From positions 215,770 through 279,769 of the forward strand of contig JAYSTI010000001.1 of the NCBI GenBank assembly GCA_043719805.1: a stretch of 64,000 nucleotides of DNA, given 5' to 3'. Origin of the DNA: Candidatus Lloydbacteria bacterium. GTDB taxonomy: Bacteria > Patescibacteriota > Minisyncoccia > Phycocordibacterales > UBA6899. The notes beneath the pieces are model-generated. The model did no database searches. It had not been told where the DNA came from and saw only the letters and a program-made list of their open reading frames with translations. Made by a program: the position numbers and the translations under genes. Position 1 is the first letter of the stretch, and the number at the start of each line of letters is the position of its first letter. Of the stretch, positions 40,214 to 48,270 are shown piece by piece.

Positions 40214-41212
40214 TCAGTAGCGTGGGCCCATTGAGTTAATTTTTTGCATCAACTTTCTCGCATTCCCGTGTTTCATCATACCCAGATACGACTGCACGGT
40301 TTCCTGTCTACCTGCTTTCATTTTGATATTTTTGATCATCCTCCGCTTCGTCGCCGTACGCAGCACTCGATGGTCCGGGAAATGTACCCAACCGAGAAAA
40401 TCGACACCCGAGGCAAGCGTGCTAATACTCACCTTGTTGGGATGGAGCGCGAGGTGCAATCGAGACGAAAGAAATTTCTCTATGTTGGGTAATGGCTCAA
40501 TAAGTTCGTATCTGTCATTGCTCATAAATACGAAGTCGTCGGCGTAGCGTATGTAGTATTTCTGTCCAAGCTCGTGCTTCACAAATTGGTCAAATGCATT
40601 CATGTAAATATTCACGAGGAGCTGCGAGGTGAGATTGCCGAGTGGTAATCCCTTTCCATGCCCCGTGCTCTCAAAACTTTTTATGACACACTCGAGTAGC
40701 CACATCGTATCGTGATCGGGAACGCGTTGCACTAGGACAGTGAGCATTACTGCATGGTCGATAGACGCGAAGAATTTACGAATATCGCACTTCAGTATCC
40801 AGCATGTGCGTGTGTTGTTTTGGCTCACCTTCTGAGCAAAGGACTGAAAGCGCATGGTTGCCTTAAGTGTGCCCTTATTAACACGGCAAGAGTACGAATC
40901 GGCGATGAAAGTACGGTCAAAGAATGGATAGAGCATGCGGTGAATAGCGTGATGCAGGAGTCTATCGCGCACGGTGGCTTTGTGGATGTTGCGCGGTTTG
41001 GGGTCGTTTATAGAAAATGCTACATACGCACCATGTTGGTACTTCTTTGTGCACAAATCATCATGAAGCACGGAAATGTTGTGCGCAAGATGCAGCGCAA
41101 ACTCCATGACATCTTTTTTGTGCTTCTTGCCACGCACAAACTCACCCCATGCCTCATAAAGATTTTGGAGAGAAACGATGTCATCAAAGCAAGGTGGTGT
41201 ATTGTTCTTCAT
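40214..41212 (-). CDS. DGR reverse transcriptase
   Basis: DPKPRNI, RDRLLHHA, SYSCR..KG, KCDIRKFFASIDH, GLPLGNLTSQ, RYADD, DFLG; no maturase or endonuclease domain. Confidence 0.95.
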   Translation of the reverse strand: MKNNTPPCFDDIVSLQNLYEAWGEFVRGKKHKKDVMEFALHLAHNISVLHDDLCTKKYQHGAYVAFSINDPKPRNIHKATVRDRLLHHAIHRMLYPFFDRTFIADSYSCRVNKGTLKATMRFQSFAQKVSQNNTRTCWILKCDIRKFFASIDHAVMLTVLVQRVPDHDTMWLLECVIKSFESTGHGKGLPLGNLTSQLLVNIYMNAFDQFVKHELGQKYYIRYADDFVFMSNDRYELIEPLPNIEKFLSSRLHLALHPNKVSISTLASGVDFLGWVHFPDHRVLRTATKRRMIKNIKMKAGRQETVQSYLGMMKHGNARKLMQKINSMGPRY

Positions 41213-41229
41213 AATTATAGAATGGCCGC

Positions 41230-41598
41230 ATGACACACACACCGAGAGAGCTCCCATCCGTCATACTTAAACAAAAAGATGCATATGTGCTTTGGCTCAA
41301 ACTGCACAGGGATTTCCCAAAGGTTGAGCGGCTCGGCATTGGACAGAAAATAGAGCAATCATTTCTTGCGGTACTCGAATATACGTTTACCTCAGCTTAT
41401 CTTCCACCCAACCAAAAGATTGTCCTTCTTGGAAAAACTATTTCTCGGCTCGATGTACTCAAATTTTTTCTGCAGCTCGCATGGGAAAGTAAGCTCATCC
41501 CGACGGAAAAATATGCCGATCTTTCGGAGCGACTTGAAGAAATCGGTCGCATGCTCGGCGGATGGCGAAAAGGATTGCTCAACAAAACTCCCACCTGA
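41230..41598 (+). CDS. avd: DGR accessory variability determinant (four-helix bundle)
   Basis: 122 aa basic protein, FPKVERLGIGQKI..LKFFLQLA..EIGRMLGGW; lies between RT and TR. Confidence 0.88.
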   Translation: MTHTPRELPSVILKQKDAYVLWLKLHRDFPKVERLGIGQKIEQSFLAVLEYTFTSAYLPPNQKIVLLGKTISRLDVLKFFLQLAWESKLIPTEKYADLSERLEEIGRMLGGWRKGLLNKTPT

Positions 41599-41610
41599 CA
41601 TCGGTGGGAG
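41588..41610. other. Hairpin immediately 3' of TR, overlapping the avd stop codon
   Basis: CTCCCACC-TGACATC-GGTGGGAG, 8-bp perfect stem. Confidence 0.65.
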
Positions 41611-41618
41611 AAATAGTT

Positions 41619-41745
41619 AGTTTCGGAAGCACCACGCGATTGCGGTTCTCGGCATTCCACACGTTGTCGTTCGCGAAGGGGTTCACGTTCACCCTCAATC
41701 TCTCATCGGAGTTCCGGTTCACGTTGGCGACGAAATTTTCTGTGC
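41619..41745 (-). ncRNA. DGR template repeat (TR)
   Basis: 127-bp ungapped match to 42063-42189; all 16 differences are A in TR (minus strand); 11 AAY codons in frame. Confidence 0.95.
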
Positions 41746-41982
41746 GATACACCATCTGTGCCACCACCCATTGAGTACTCTTTGGGCTGTATCGTATCTG
41801 AGACTTCAAAGTCCTCCAGTGTATCGCACCAACTGACTATATTTTTGTTTCTTGAAAATAGATCCACCCTTTTGCGAGACGTATCCGGCAAAATACCCAA
41901 ATATATTTTCACACAATCATCGTGCCCGAGCCATGACCGGAGCACTGCGGATATATTGCCCTATAATGATACACGAGTATAC

Positions 41983-42021
41983 AAAAAACCCTCAGACCTT
42001 GCCAATGCAAGTGTCCAAGGG
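41983..42021 (-). terminator. Intrinsic terminator of the DGR target gene
   Basis: CCCTTGGAC-A-CTTGC-ATTG-GCAAG-GTCTGAGGG-TTTTTT. Confidence 0.65.
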
Positions 42022-42040
42022 TCGAAGAGTCAAAGGGTCA
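42009..42040 (-). repeat. 4 x 8-bp tandem repeat (NGACNCTT) starting at the target stop codon
   Basis: TGACCCTT TGACTCTT CGACCCTT GGACACTT. Confidence 0.7.
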
Positions 42041-42703
42041 AGAGCTCTGCGCAGAAGCGTCCAGTTGCGGAAGCACCACGCGATAGCGGTTCTCGGCAAA
42101 CCACACGTTGCCGCTCGCGAAGGGGTACACGTACACCCCCAATCTCTCATCGGAGTACCGGTACACGTCGGCGACGAAAAACTCGGTGCCCACCGTGAAC
42201 GGAAGGAAGGTCGCCCAACCCTTCGGATGGAGCCACTTTGCGTGGTGCTCGACGAATGCAATCACCTGATCTTGGTTGAAAAAATTCGTGACGCCAGCGA
42301 ACATATCCTTGAAGGTGCTGTTGCGCACAAGCTCGTGGACCGCAATGCGCGTTACGCCAGTTGATGCCGACAGTACATCGAGTGCCGTGAAGCCGGAGTC
42401 GATGTGCCCAGGGAAGGTGCGCTTCGCCAGCGCAATCGACCGCAGCCCATCGGTTGCAGGGAGCATCAGCACGTTGTCACCGGAGAGGAGGCGGAGGTGG
42501 GGTTTGGGTGCCACGGGGACAGGTCGCGCATCGAGTCCGAGAAGCTTCAGTATCGCAGGCATGTTGCTGAAATCTGCCATGGGGTTGAGCGCAGCGGCGA
42601 TGATTCCACTGCCGTATGCGCGCTGAATGCTTTCGGCAGTTGCGCCTTGCTCCTCTCCTGTTTCGATGTACTTCTTCACTTGTCCGCCTGTCATTGTGCT
42701 CAT
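42038..42703 (-). CDS. DGR target protein with C-terminal variable region
   Basis: 221 aa; C-terminal TEFFVADVYRYSDERLGVYVYPFASGNVWFAENRYRVVLPQL is encoded by the VR; GGAG Shine-Dalgarno. Confidence 0.9.
   Translation of the reverse strand: MSTMTGGQVKKYIETGEEQGATAESIQRAYGSGIIAAALNPMADFSNMPAILKLLGLDARPVPVAPKPHLRLLSGDNVLMLPATDGLRSIALAKRTFPGHIDSGFTALDVLSASTGVTRIAVHELVRNSTFKDMFAGVTNFFNQDQVIAFVEHHAKWLHPKGWATFLPFTVGTEFFVADVYRYSDERLGVYVYPFASGNVWFAENRYRVVLPQLDASAQSS
42063..42189 (-). repeat. DGR variable repeat (VR)
   Basis: Partner of TR 41619-41745. Confidence 0.95.
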
Positions 42704-42769
42704 GTGGATTCTCCAGTATGAACGCCGTCTCTTGCGAGGGGCATGTGCTCGTGCCTTACCGAATTTGGT

Positions 42770-42869
42770 TGCGCCAGAGCAGAAAATGGCTGACTCTGTG
42801 GGGGATTTGGAGATTAAAACTCCAAATACCCCGAGTGGAACTTAGTCCGCAATTTTCTGCTCTGGCGCA
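42770..42869 (-). other. 100-nt hairpin in the 5' leader of the DGR target gene
   Basis: 18-bp perfect outer arms TGCGCCAGAGCAGAAAAT / ATTTTCTGCTCTGGCGCA; inner ATTTGGAG / CTCCAAAT. Confidence 0.75.
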
Positions 42870-42897
42870 CACTTTATACTCAACGAACATATGTGGA

Positions 42898-42926
42898 AAT
42901 TTACCATAATTTAGCCATTTTGTCAA
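42898..42926 (-). promoter_or_regulatory. sigma70 promoter of the DGR target gene
   Basis: TTGACA-N17-TAAATT with TG extension. Confidence 0.6.
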
Positions 42927-42967
42927 CTTCTTTTCATGGTTAGCTCAATTACACTAGTGGAACAAGC

Positions 42968-43663
42968 ATGAAGCGTGAAGTAGCAGAAAAAAAGGCAAAA
43001 GAAACCCAACATTCCTACGACCAAATGGCGAAGGAATTTTCCGACAGCCGTGCGCACTTTTGGGATGAGCTGGCATTCCTTGCCGAACACATCCTGCGCG
43101 ATGACCACGTACTCGACATCGGATGCGGGAACGGACGTTTTGCGCCGCTCGTAGCCCTGCGTCACGCACACTATGGCGGCGTCGACTATTCAACGGAGCT
43201 CATAAAAGCAGCGAAACAAAAATTTCCGCAGGGCACGTTCACCGTGGGTGACGCGACGGCACTCCCCTTTCCAGATAATAGTTTTGATATCGCATTTTCC
43301 TTTGCGGTCATCCATCACATGCCGGGCAAGGAGGCCCGAAGCGCATTCGTTCGAGAAGCACTCCGCGTGCTACACCCCGGAGGAAAACTCATCATCACTT
43401 CTTGGGACCTGTGGTCAAAAAAATATATCGGGAGACTACTCCAAAGCGCAATCGGCTCCATGCTTCAGGTCAATGCTATGGACCTGCGGGATGTCATGCT
43501 TACCTTCGGACAAAAGAAACAACCGCGCTATGTCCACGCATTCACCGTGTCCGAACTACGCGCACTCCTAGAGTCGAACGGGTTGGAAGTCTTGGGTATC
43601 GATACTGTCTCCCGCGGAAGCGGAGAAAGAAATATTGTTTTGGTCGCACAGAAGCCGATATAG
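42968..43663 (+). CDS. Trm9/ALKBH8-like tRNA (carboxymethyluridine) methyltransferase
   Basis: YDQMAKEFSDSR..W, DIGCGNGR, AVIHH..R, ITSW, RYVHAFTVSEL match the Trm9 motif pattern. Confidence 0.7.
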   Translation: MKREVAEKKAKETQHSYDQMAKEFSDSRAHFWDELAFLAEHILRDDHVLDIGCGNGRFAPLVALRHAHYGGVDYSTELIKAAKQKFPQGTFTVGDATALPFPDNSFDIAFSFAVIHHMPGKEARSAFVREALRVLHPGGKLIITSWDLWSKKYIGRLLQSAIGSMLQVNAMDLRDVMLTFGQKKQPRYVHAFTVSELRALLESNGLEVLGIDTVSRGSGERNIVLVAQKPI

Positions 43664-43667
43664 ATGC

Positions 43668-44747
43668 TTATTTTTGATTGGAGGTGAGGGCTTCTATTGA
43701 CGCAATGTCTTCGCCGGTCTCTTCGTAGACGTCGGCGAGCTTGACGAGGTCTTCGCCTGCGCGGGCGTATGCTGCTTCAAGGGTCGGTAGGTCGTCTTTT
43801 TCGCGCGCCAGTCCCATTGCTTCGATGTCATCACCTTCTTTCATGAACGCTTCCTGCATGTGTGAAATGTCCTCATCGACTTTTCCGTACACCGCATCAA
43901 GAATATCGAGATCCTTTCCGGAACTGCGGAGCAACTGATTATTTTTTGTTTCAAGGGCACGAAGTAGAGTAATTGCCGCTTTGTCGTGTCCGAGATTTTG
44001 CTCAAACATCTGCCTAAATGCGGCGAAATCCTTGAGGAAGCAATGCCCACCCGCACCACGCCCGGCGACTTCTCCCATGTGTTTGATCTGGTGAAGCGGC
44101 TGCATGTGTGACGTGCCGATGCGCGGATCAGCGGTCATGTTCTTGGCAACGGTGTCCCACGTCGCACCGTGCTGCATCGCGATGTCGTACATGAGATTCA
44201 TAAAGATCACTTTGACGAAAAGAAAATTATTGCTTCCGTACTTCGTGAGTTCCGCTTCGGAGGCTTTGCAAATGGCGTTGTAGGGAGCTTCGGGAAATAT
44301 GTCCATCACTTCCTGTGCCTTTACCTGCCATGTTTCATGATCGACGAACGGAGAAGGGATGCCGACGATGTTGCGATCAGGTTTGTCGATATCGCGACGT
44401 ACTGATACTTCGCGCAAAAATTCCGGGGAATGCATGACGAAGCGGTCGGGGTAGAGCGCCGCGAGTGCATCGGTCGTGCCGGGGAGGATGGTGGACTTGA
44501 TGACGGCGGTCTTTCCCGGACCGACGATGGAAAGAACGGAGCGAATGATCCGGTCGTCGAAACCCTCCGGAGTTGAAGGTGTGGGCACCGCGATGAAAAC
44601 AATGTCGCAGAGAGCGATGGCGTCTTTGTTGCCCTCGAACTCCGGCTCTTTGGCATAACGAACAATATCAAAACCACGGTCCTCAAAATGGTCCGCGAGA
44701 TTTTTCCCTATCCACCCCTGTCCGATAAATCCGATCTTTGTGCTCAT
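43668..44747 (-). CDS. UDP-glucose/GDP-mannose dehydrogenase family, lacking the usual C-terminal domain and ending in an acidic repeat tail
   Basis: GQGWIG, AVPTP, KST, SPEFLRE, DPRIG, GAGGHCFLKD. Confidence 0.8.
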   Translation of the reverse strand: MSTKIGFIGQGWIGKNLADHFEDRGFDIVRYAKEPEFEGNKDAIALCDIVFIAVPTPSTPEGFDDRIIRSVLSIVGPGKTAVIKSTILPGTTDALAALYPDRFVMHSPEFLREVSVRRDIDKPDRNIVGIPSPFVDHETWQVKAQEVMDIFPEAPYNAICKASEAELTKYGSNNFLFVKVIFMNLMYDIAMQHGATWDTVAKNMTADPRIGTSHMQPLHQIKHMGEVAGRGAGGHCFLKDFAAFRQMFEQNLGHDKAAITLLRALETKNNQLLRSSGKDLDILDAVYGKVDEDISHMQEAFMKEGDDIEAMGLAREKDDLPTLEAAYARAGEDLVKLADVYEETGEDIASIEALTSNQK

Positions 44748-45028
44748 ATGTATGGTAACCGCGCACAAACGCAAAACGTCACGCGCGACTAATGTCGACA
44801 TAGTAAATGAGGATGTTGTGTAATGCAAACATGGACGCATGGAAAGGTGTGCTCGAAGGGCAAGGCCCAAATTGCGAGAATCACATACTTGGTATATTCT
44901 TTTAGGACTTACGCAAATGGATAAAATTCGAGGCGTGGGGAAGGCGTCGAGGAAGACATATTCATATATGTTAACCGAGGTGCCGGAGCCCCACAACAAA
45001 GAAGTTCGCCATTTTCGAAAGTCCTACT

Positions 45029-46180
45029 ATGAAAATTGTTCTCGCAACGCCACTATATCCCCCGGAAATCGGCGGCCCCGCAACGTACATCATCGAGCTC
45101 ACGGAACGCACGCACGAGGCGCACGAGATAACCATCGTGGCGTTTGCGTCGACATCCAAACCTGCAAAAGGGGCGCACCTTGTCACGGTGAGCAAAAGGC
45201 GTGCGCTTCCCCTCCGACTCCTCAAGTTCACGTGGGTGCTGTGGAAAGAGTCACGCGGCAAAGATATCATCTACGCACAAAATGCTGTTGCGGCCGGATT
45301 CCCTTCGGTCATCGTTGGTATCTTGCGCGGAATCCCCGTTGTCATCAAATTCGTCGGTGACGAAGCATGGGAAAAGGCCACTCAGCAAAAACTCACCACA
45401 AAGCAGCTCGAGGAATTTTTGGAACATCCCGATCCGGTGCCTTTCTATATTGCACTCGTAAAGAACATTCAGCGATGGACGCTGAATCATGCGGATGTTG
45501 CCACCACGCCGTCACAATACCTTCGCGACGCGATTGTCCGTGCGTATAACATTCCACCCGAACGCGCGCTCGTCAACTACAATGCCACGGAGAATGCCGA
45601 GATTCTCCCCTTCTCGAGCGAAAAACAAAAACATCAGATCGTCGCGACGGCACGACTCGTCGAGTGGAAAGGAATAGATGGAATCATTCGCGCGGTGGCA
45701 CTCCTCACAAAGCGCTTCCCTGATATCAAATTGCTCGTTGCCGGCGACGGTCCCGACGAAGAAAAATTAAAAAAACTGGCGCACGACCTAGGTGTCGATG
45801 CGCACGTCGAATTTCTCGGGCGCGTTTCTCGTGCAGAGACATGGCACATTCGCAAAACGTCGCAGGTGTATGTCTTAAACTCAACCTATGAGGGATTGCC
45901 GCATACCGTACTCACGAGTTTCTCGGCGGGAATCCCCACTATTGCGACGAATATTCCGGGGACGAATGAAGCGGTCATCCATGAGTCGACTGGCCTGCTT
46001 GTGCCAGTCGGAGACGACAAGGCGCTTGCAGATGCGATCGCGCGGCTCTTCGAAGATGAGGCACTCTGCACACGACTGGTCATGAACGCGGAGCAGATCA
46101 TCAAAGACAAATTCTCCTGGGAGGCGCACCTCGCGATACTCTTTCAGATATTTGAGAAACTCACCGGTAAAAAATCATAG
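45029..46180 (+). CDS. GT4 glycosyltransferase
   Basis: YPPEIGGPATY, ARLVEWKG, YEGLPH. Confidence 0.9.
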   Translation: MKIVLATPLYPPEIGGPATYIIELTERTHEAHEITIVAFASTSKPAKGAHLVTVSKRRALPLRLLKFTWVLWKESRGKDIIYAQNAVAAGFPSVIVGILRGIPVVIKFVGDEAWEKATQQKLTTKQLEEFLEHPDPVPFYIALVKNIQRWTLNHADVATTPSQYLRDAIVRAYNIPPERALVNYNATENAEILPFSSEKQKHQIVATARLVEWKGIDGIIRAVALLTKRFPDIKLLVAGDGPDEEKLKKLAHDLGVDAHVEFLGRVSRAETWHIRKTSQVYVLNSTYEGLPHTVLTSFSAGIPTIATNIPGTNEAVIHESTGLLVPVGDDKALADAIARLFEDEALCTRLVMNAEQIIKDKFSWEAHLAILFQIFEKLTGKKS

Positions 46181-47125
46181 ACGATTCTCCCGTACCCATT
46201 CGACGAGACGCCTGATTCCCTCCTCCAGCGACACCTCCGGTTTCCATCCGAGCTCGGTGTTTGCTTTCCCGATGTCGGCAAACGTATCCTCGACGCTCGC
46301 TTTGTGACTCTCGCGCTCACGTACTTTTGCCTTTACGCCGATGACTCTCTCGAACGTCTCCAGAAGTTCGCGCAGTGAAACGGGATTGTTGTTGCCGATA
46401 TTAAATGTCTGATTGCCGTTCGGATGTTCCAGTGCGAGAATTGTGCCGCGGACAGTGTCGCCGACATAAGTATAGTCACGCTTGCGGTCCCCTTTTCCGG
46501 ACATTTCAATTTCCTCTCCGCGTAATATTGCCTGCGCCCATTTGTATGGGACCATGCCGGGGCGGTTGTGCTCGCCGTAGACATTAAAAAAGCGGAGCGA
46601 GGTAATCGGGATTCCGAAATTGTGATGATACGAATGCGCAAATAATTCAACCGCCCGCTTCGTCGCGCCATAGGGAGATATCGGCTTATCGGTAATGGTC
46701 GACTCACTCCACGGTGTAGGCATATTGCCGTAGACCGAAGACGACGAGACGTTCACGACATGCTTCACGTCCACACTACGCGCTGCGTCAAATACGACCA
46801 ACGAGCCGTTGATGTTGTTATCGACATACGGATACGGGTCGAGAACTGCAGCGCGCGTATCTGCTTTTGCGGCAAGATGGACGACGGAGTCCGGTTCCTC
46901 CCTCGCAAATAGCTCGACCATCGCCTCTCGGTCGCGAATGTCGATGCGTTCGAGTAAGAAACACTCATTGGAAAGGAGGCTCTTCACGTGCTCCTCCTTA
47001 AAGCGCGTCTCGTATGTGTCGTCGAAATTGTCGATGCCAACAACGCGATACCCGCGTACGAGTAATTCCTTCGAAAGATTTGAGCCGATGAAGCCTGCGG
47101 CTCCGGTGACGATAACTGTTTTCAT
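46175..47125 (-). CDS. UDP-glucuronate 4-epimerase-like SDR
   Basis: TGAAGFIG, HLAAKA, SSSSVYG, PISPYGATK, RDYTY. Confidence 0.88.
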   Translation of the reverse strand: MKTVIVTGAAGFIGSNLSKELLVRGYRVVGIDNFDDTYETRFKEEHVKSLLSNECFLLERIDIRDREAMVELFAREEPDSVVHLAAKADTRAAVLDPYPYVDNNINGSLVVFDAARSVDVKHVVNVSSSSVYGNMPTPWSESTITDKPISPYGATKRAVELFAHSYHHNFGIPITSLRFFNVYGEHNRPGMVPYKWAQAILRGEEIEMSGKGDRKRDYTYVGDTVRGTILALEHPNGNQTFNIGNNNPVSLRELLETFERVIGVKAKVRERESHKASVEDTFADIGKANTELGWKPEVSLEEGIRRLVEWVRENRL

Positions 47126-47154
47126 GATTATTTTTAGTATATGATACTCATACT

Positions 47155-48270
47155 ATGCGAGCAAACGAAAAGCAGGAAACATGGGAAAAATGGCGCGATG
47201 AGGAACTCCTGCGAGCACGGACCTACCTCGCGCGACTCCACTACACACTCGACGATGAACAGGCGCATATTAGCGGTGAGCGTTTTCTCGTGAGCGGACA
47301 TAAGTTGGTACTCACCGGAGTTGAGACAAGTAGCAACACGCCCGTCGTCATCAAGTGGAGTACCGACAAAGAGAGTATGGACGAAATTCGCGACGAGCGC
47401 ACGAGGCGTGAGATCCTGCGCAATATCCATTTCGCAAACCGCGCGATGCGTTTCCCTGATGAACAATATTGGGAGGGCAACGGAGCAGTGACCATTCTTG
47501 CGACAAAATTCATCCCTCAAAAAAATATTTTCATTCGGCTCACTATCTCCGAGCAATTCTTCTTCGCGCTCTCTGCACTTGAATCTCAGGAAGGCACACA
47601 CGTTGCAACGCACGAACACGAACGGATTCTTCTCGCCCTTGGAAGAATGATGCACGCGGAAGACTACCTTCTGCAATTTGACGTGTGGTGTGAACATATT
47701 CGCGCGCGGACCGCGACGGAGAATGCCCTTCACCAGTCGCTTGCGCTCGCCGGAGAATTCCTCCGTACGCACCGCACGACCATCGATCGCTACTGTGGAG
47801 TGCTCACACACACAGACTTTGTTCCGCACAATTTTCGCATCATCGACAGGCAGATTGTCATCCTCGACCACACGTCCCTCATCATCGGAAATAAATATGA
47901 AAGTTGGGCGCGTCTCATCAACTTTATGTCACTCTACAATCCGGAACTTGAGAAGATGCTTTTGTTGTACGTAAAAGAAAACAGGGGGGAAGACGAATAT
48001 CTCTGTCTGCGCGCAATGCGCATCTATAAACTGGGGTTCCTCTTGGACCACCACACCGCCGCTCACAACGTATCCGAAGGAGACTTGCACCTCCTCACGG
48101 GTGAACGCGTCACATTCTGGGGACATGTACTCGACAGCGTGATTAACAACACGCCTGTCACACCGGAAGTGGTCGCACACTACAGGTCGCGCGCCATCGC
48201 ACTACGCACCAAGGAGGAAGAGCGTCGTCATCAAGATATTTCAGGATGGAAGCAGGTCGAGACGAAGTAG
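47155..48270 (+). CDS. Protein kinase-like / APH-family phosphotransferase
   Basis: VVIK lysine, HTDFVPHN catalytic loop, ILD. Confidence 0.6.
   Translation: MRANEKQETWEKWRDEELLRARTYLARLHYTLDDEQAHISGERFLVSGHKLVLTGVETSSNTPVVIKWSTDKESMDEIRDERTRREILRNIHFANRAMRFPDEQYWEGNGAVTILATKFIPQKNIFIRLTISEQFFFALSALESQEGTHVATHEHERILLALGRMMHAEDYLLQFDVWCEHIRARTATENALHQSLALAGEFLRTHRTTIDRYCGVLTHTDFVPHNFRIIDRQIVILDHTSLIIGNKYESWARLINFMSLYNPELEKMLLLYVKENRGEDEYLCLRAMRIYKLGFLLDHHTAAHNVSEGDLHLLTGERVTFWGHVLDSVINNTPVTPEVVAHYRSRAIALRTKEEERRHQDISGWKQVETK

Larger units (their letters stand above)
40177..42957. mobile_element. Diversity-generating retroelement cassette (RT, avd, TR, target) bounded by ATTACACTAG direct repeats
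   Basis: All core components present; 10-bp repeat at 40177-40186 and 42948-42957. Confidence 0.85.

Noticed and set aside
40214-41212. Group II intron, retron or CRISPR-associated RT
   Set aside because: Short RT without maturase/endonuclease domain, with the GNLTSQ motif and adjacent Avd and TR/VR: DGR.
41230-41598. 23S rRNA intervening-sequence four-helix-bundle protein
   Set aside because: Same fold family, but no rRNA nearby and it lies between RT and TR, so Avd is the better call.
41579-41809. 76-aa ORF resembling the target C-terminus
   Set aside because: It is the TR read in frame (Asn-rich), overlapping avd; no evidence it is a gene.
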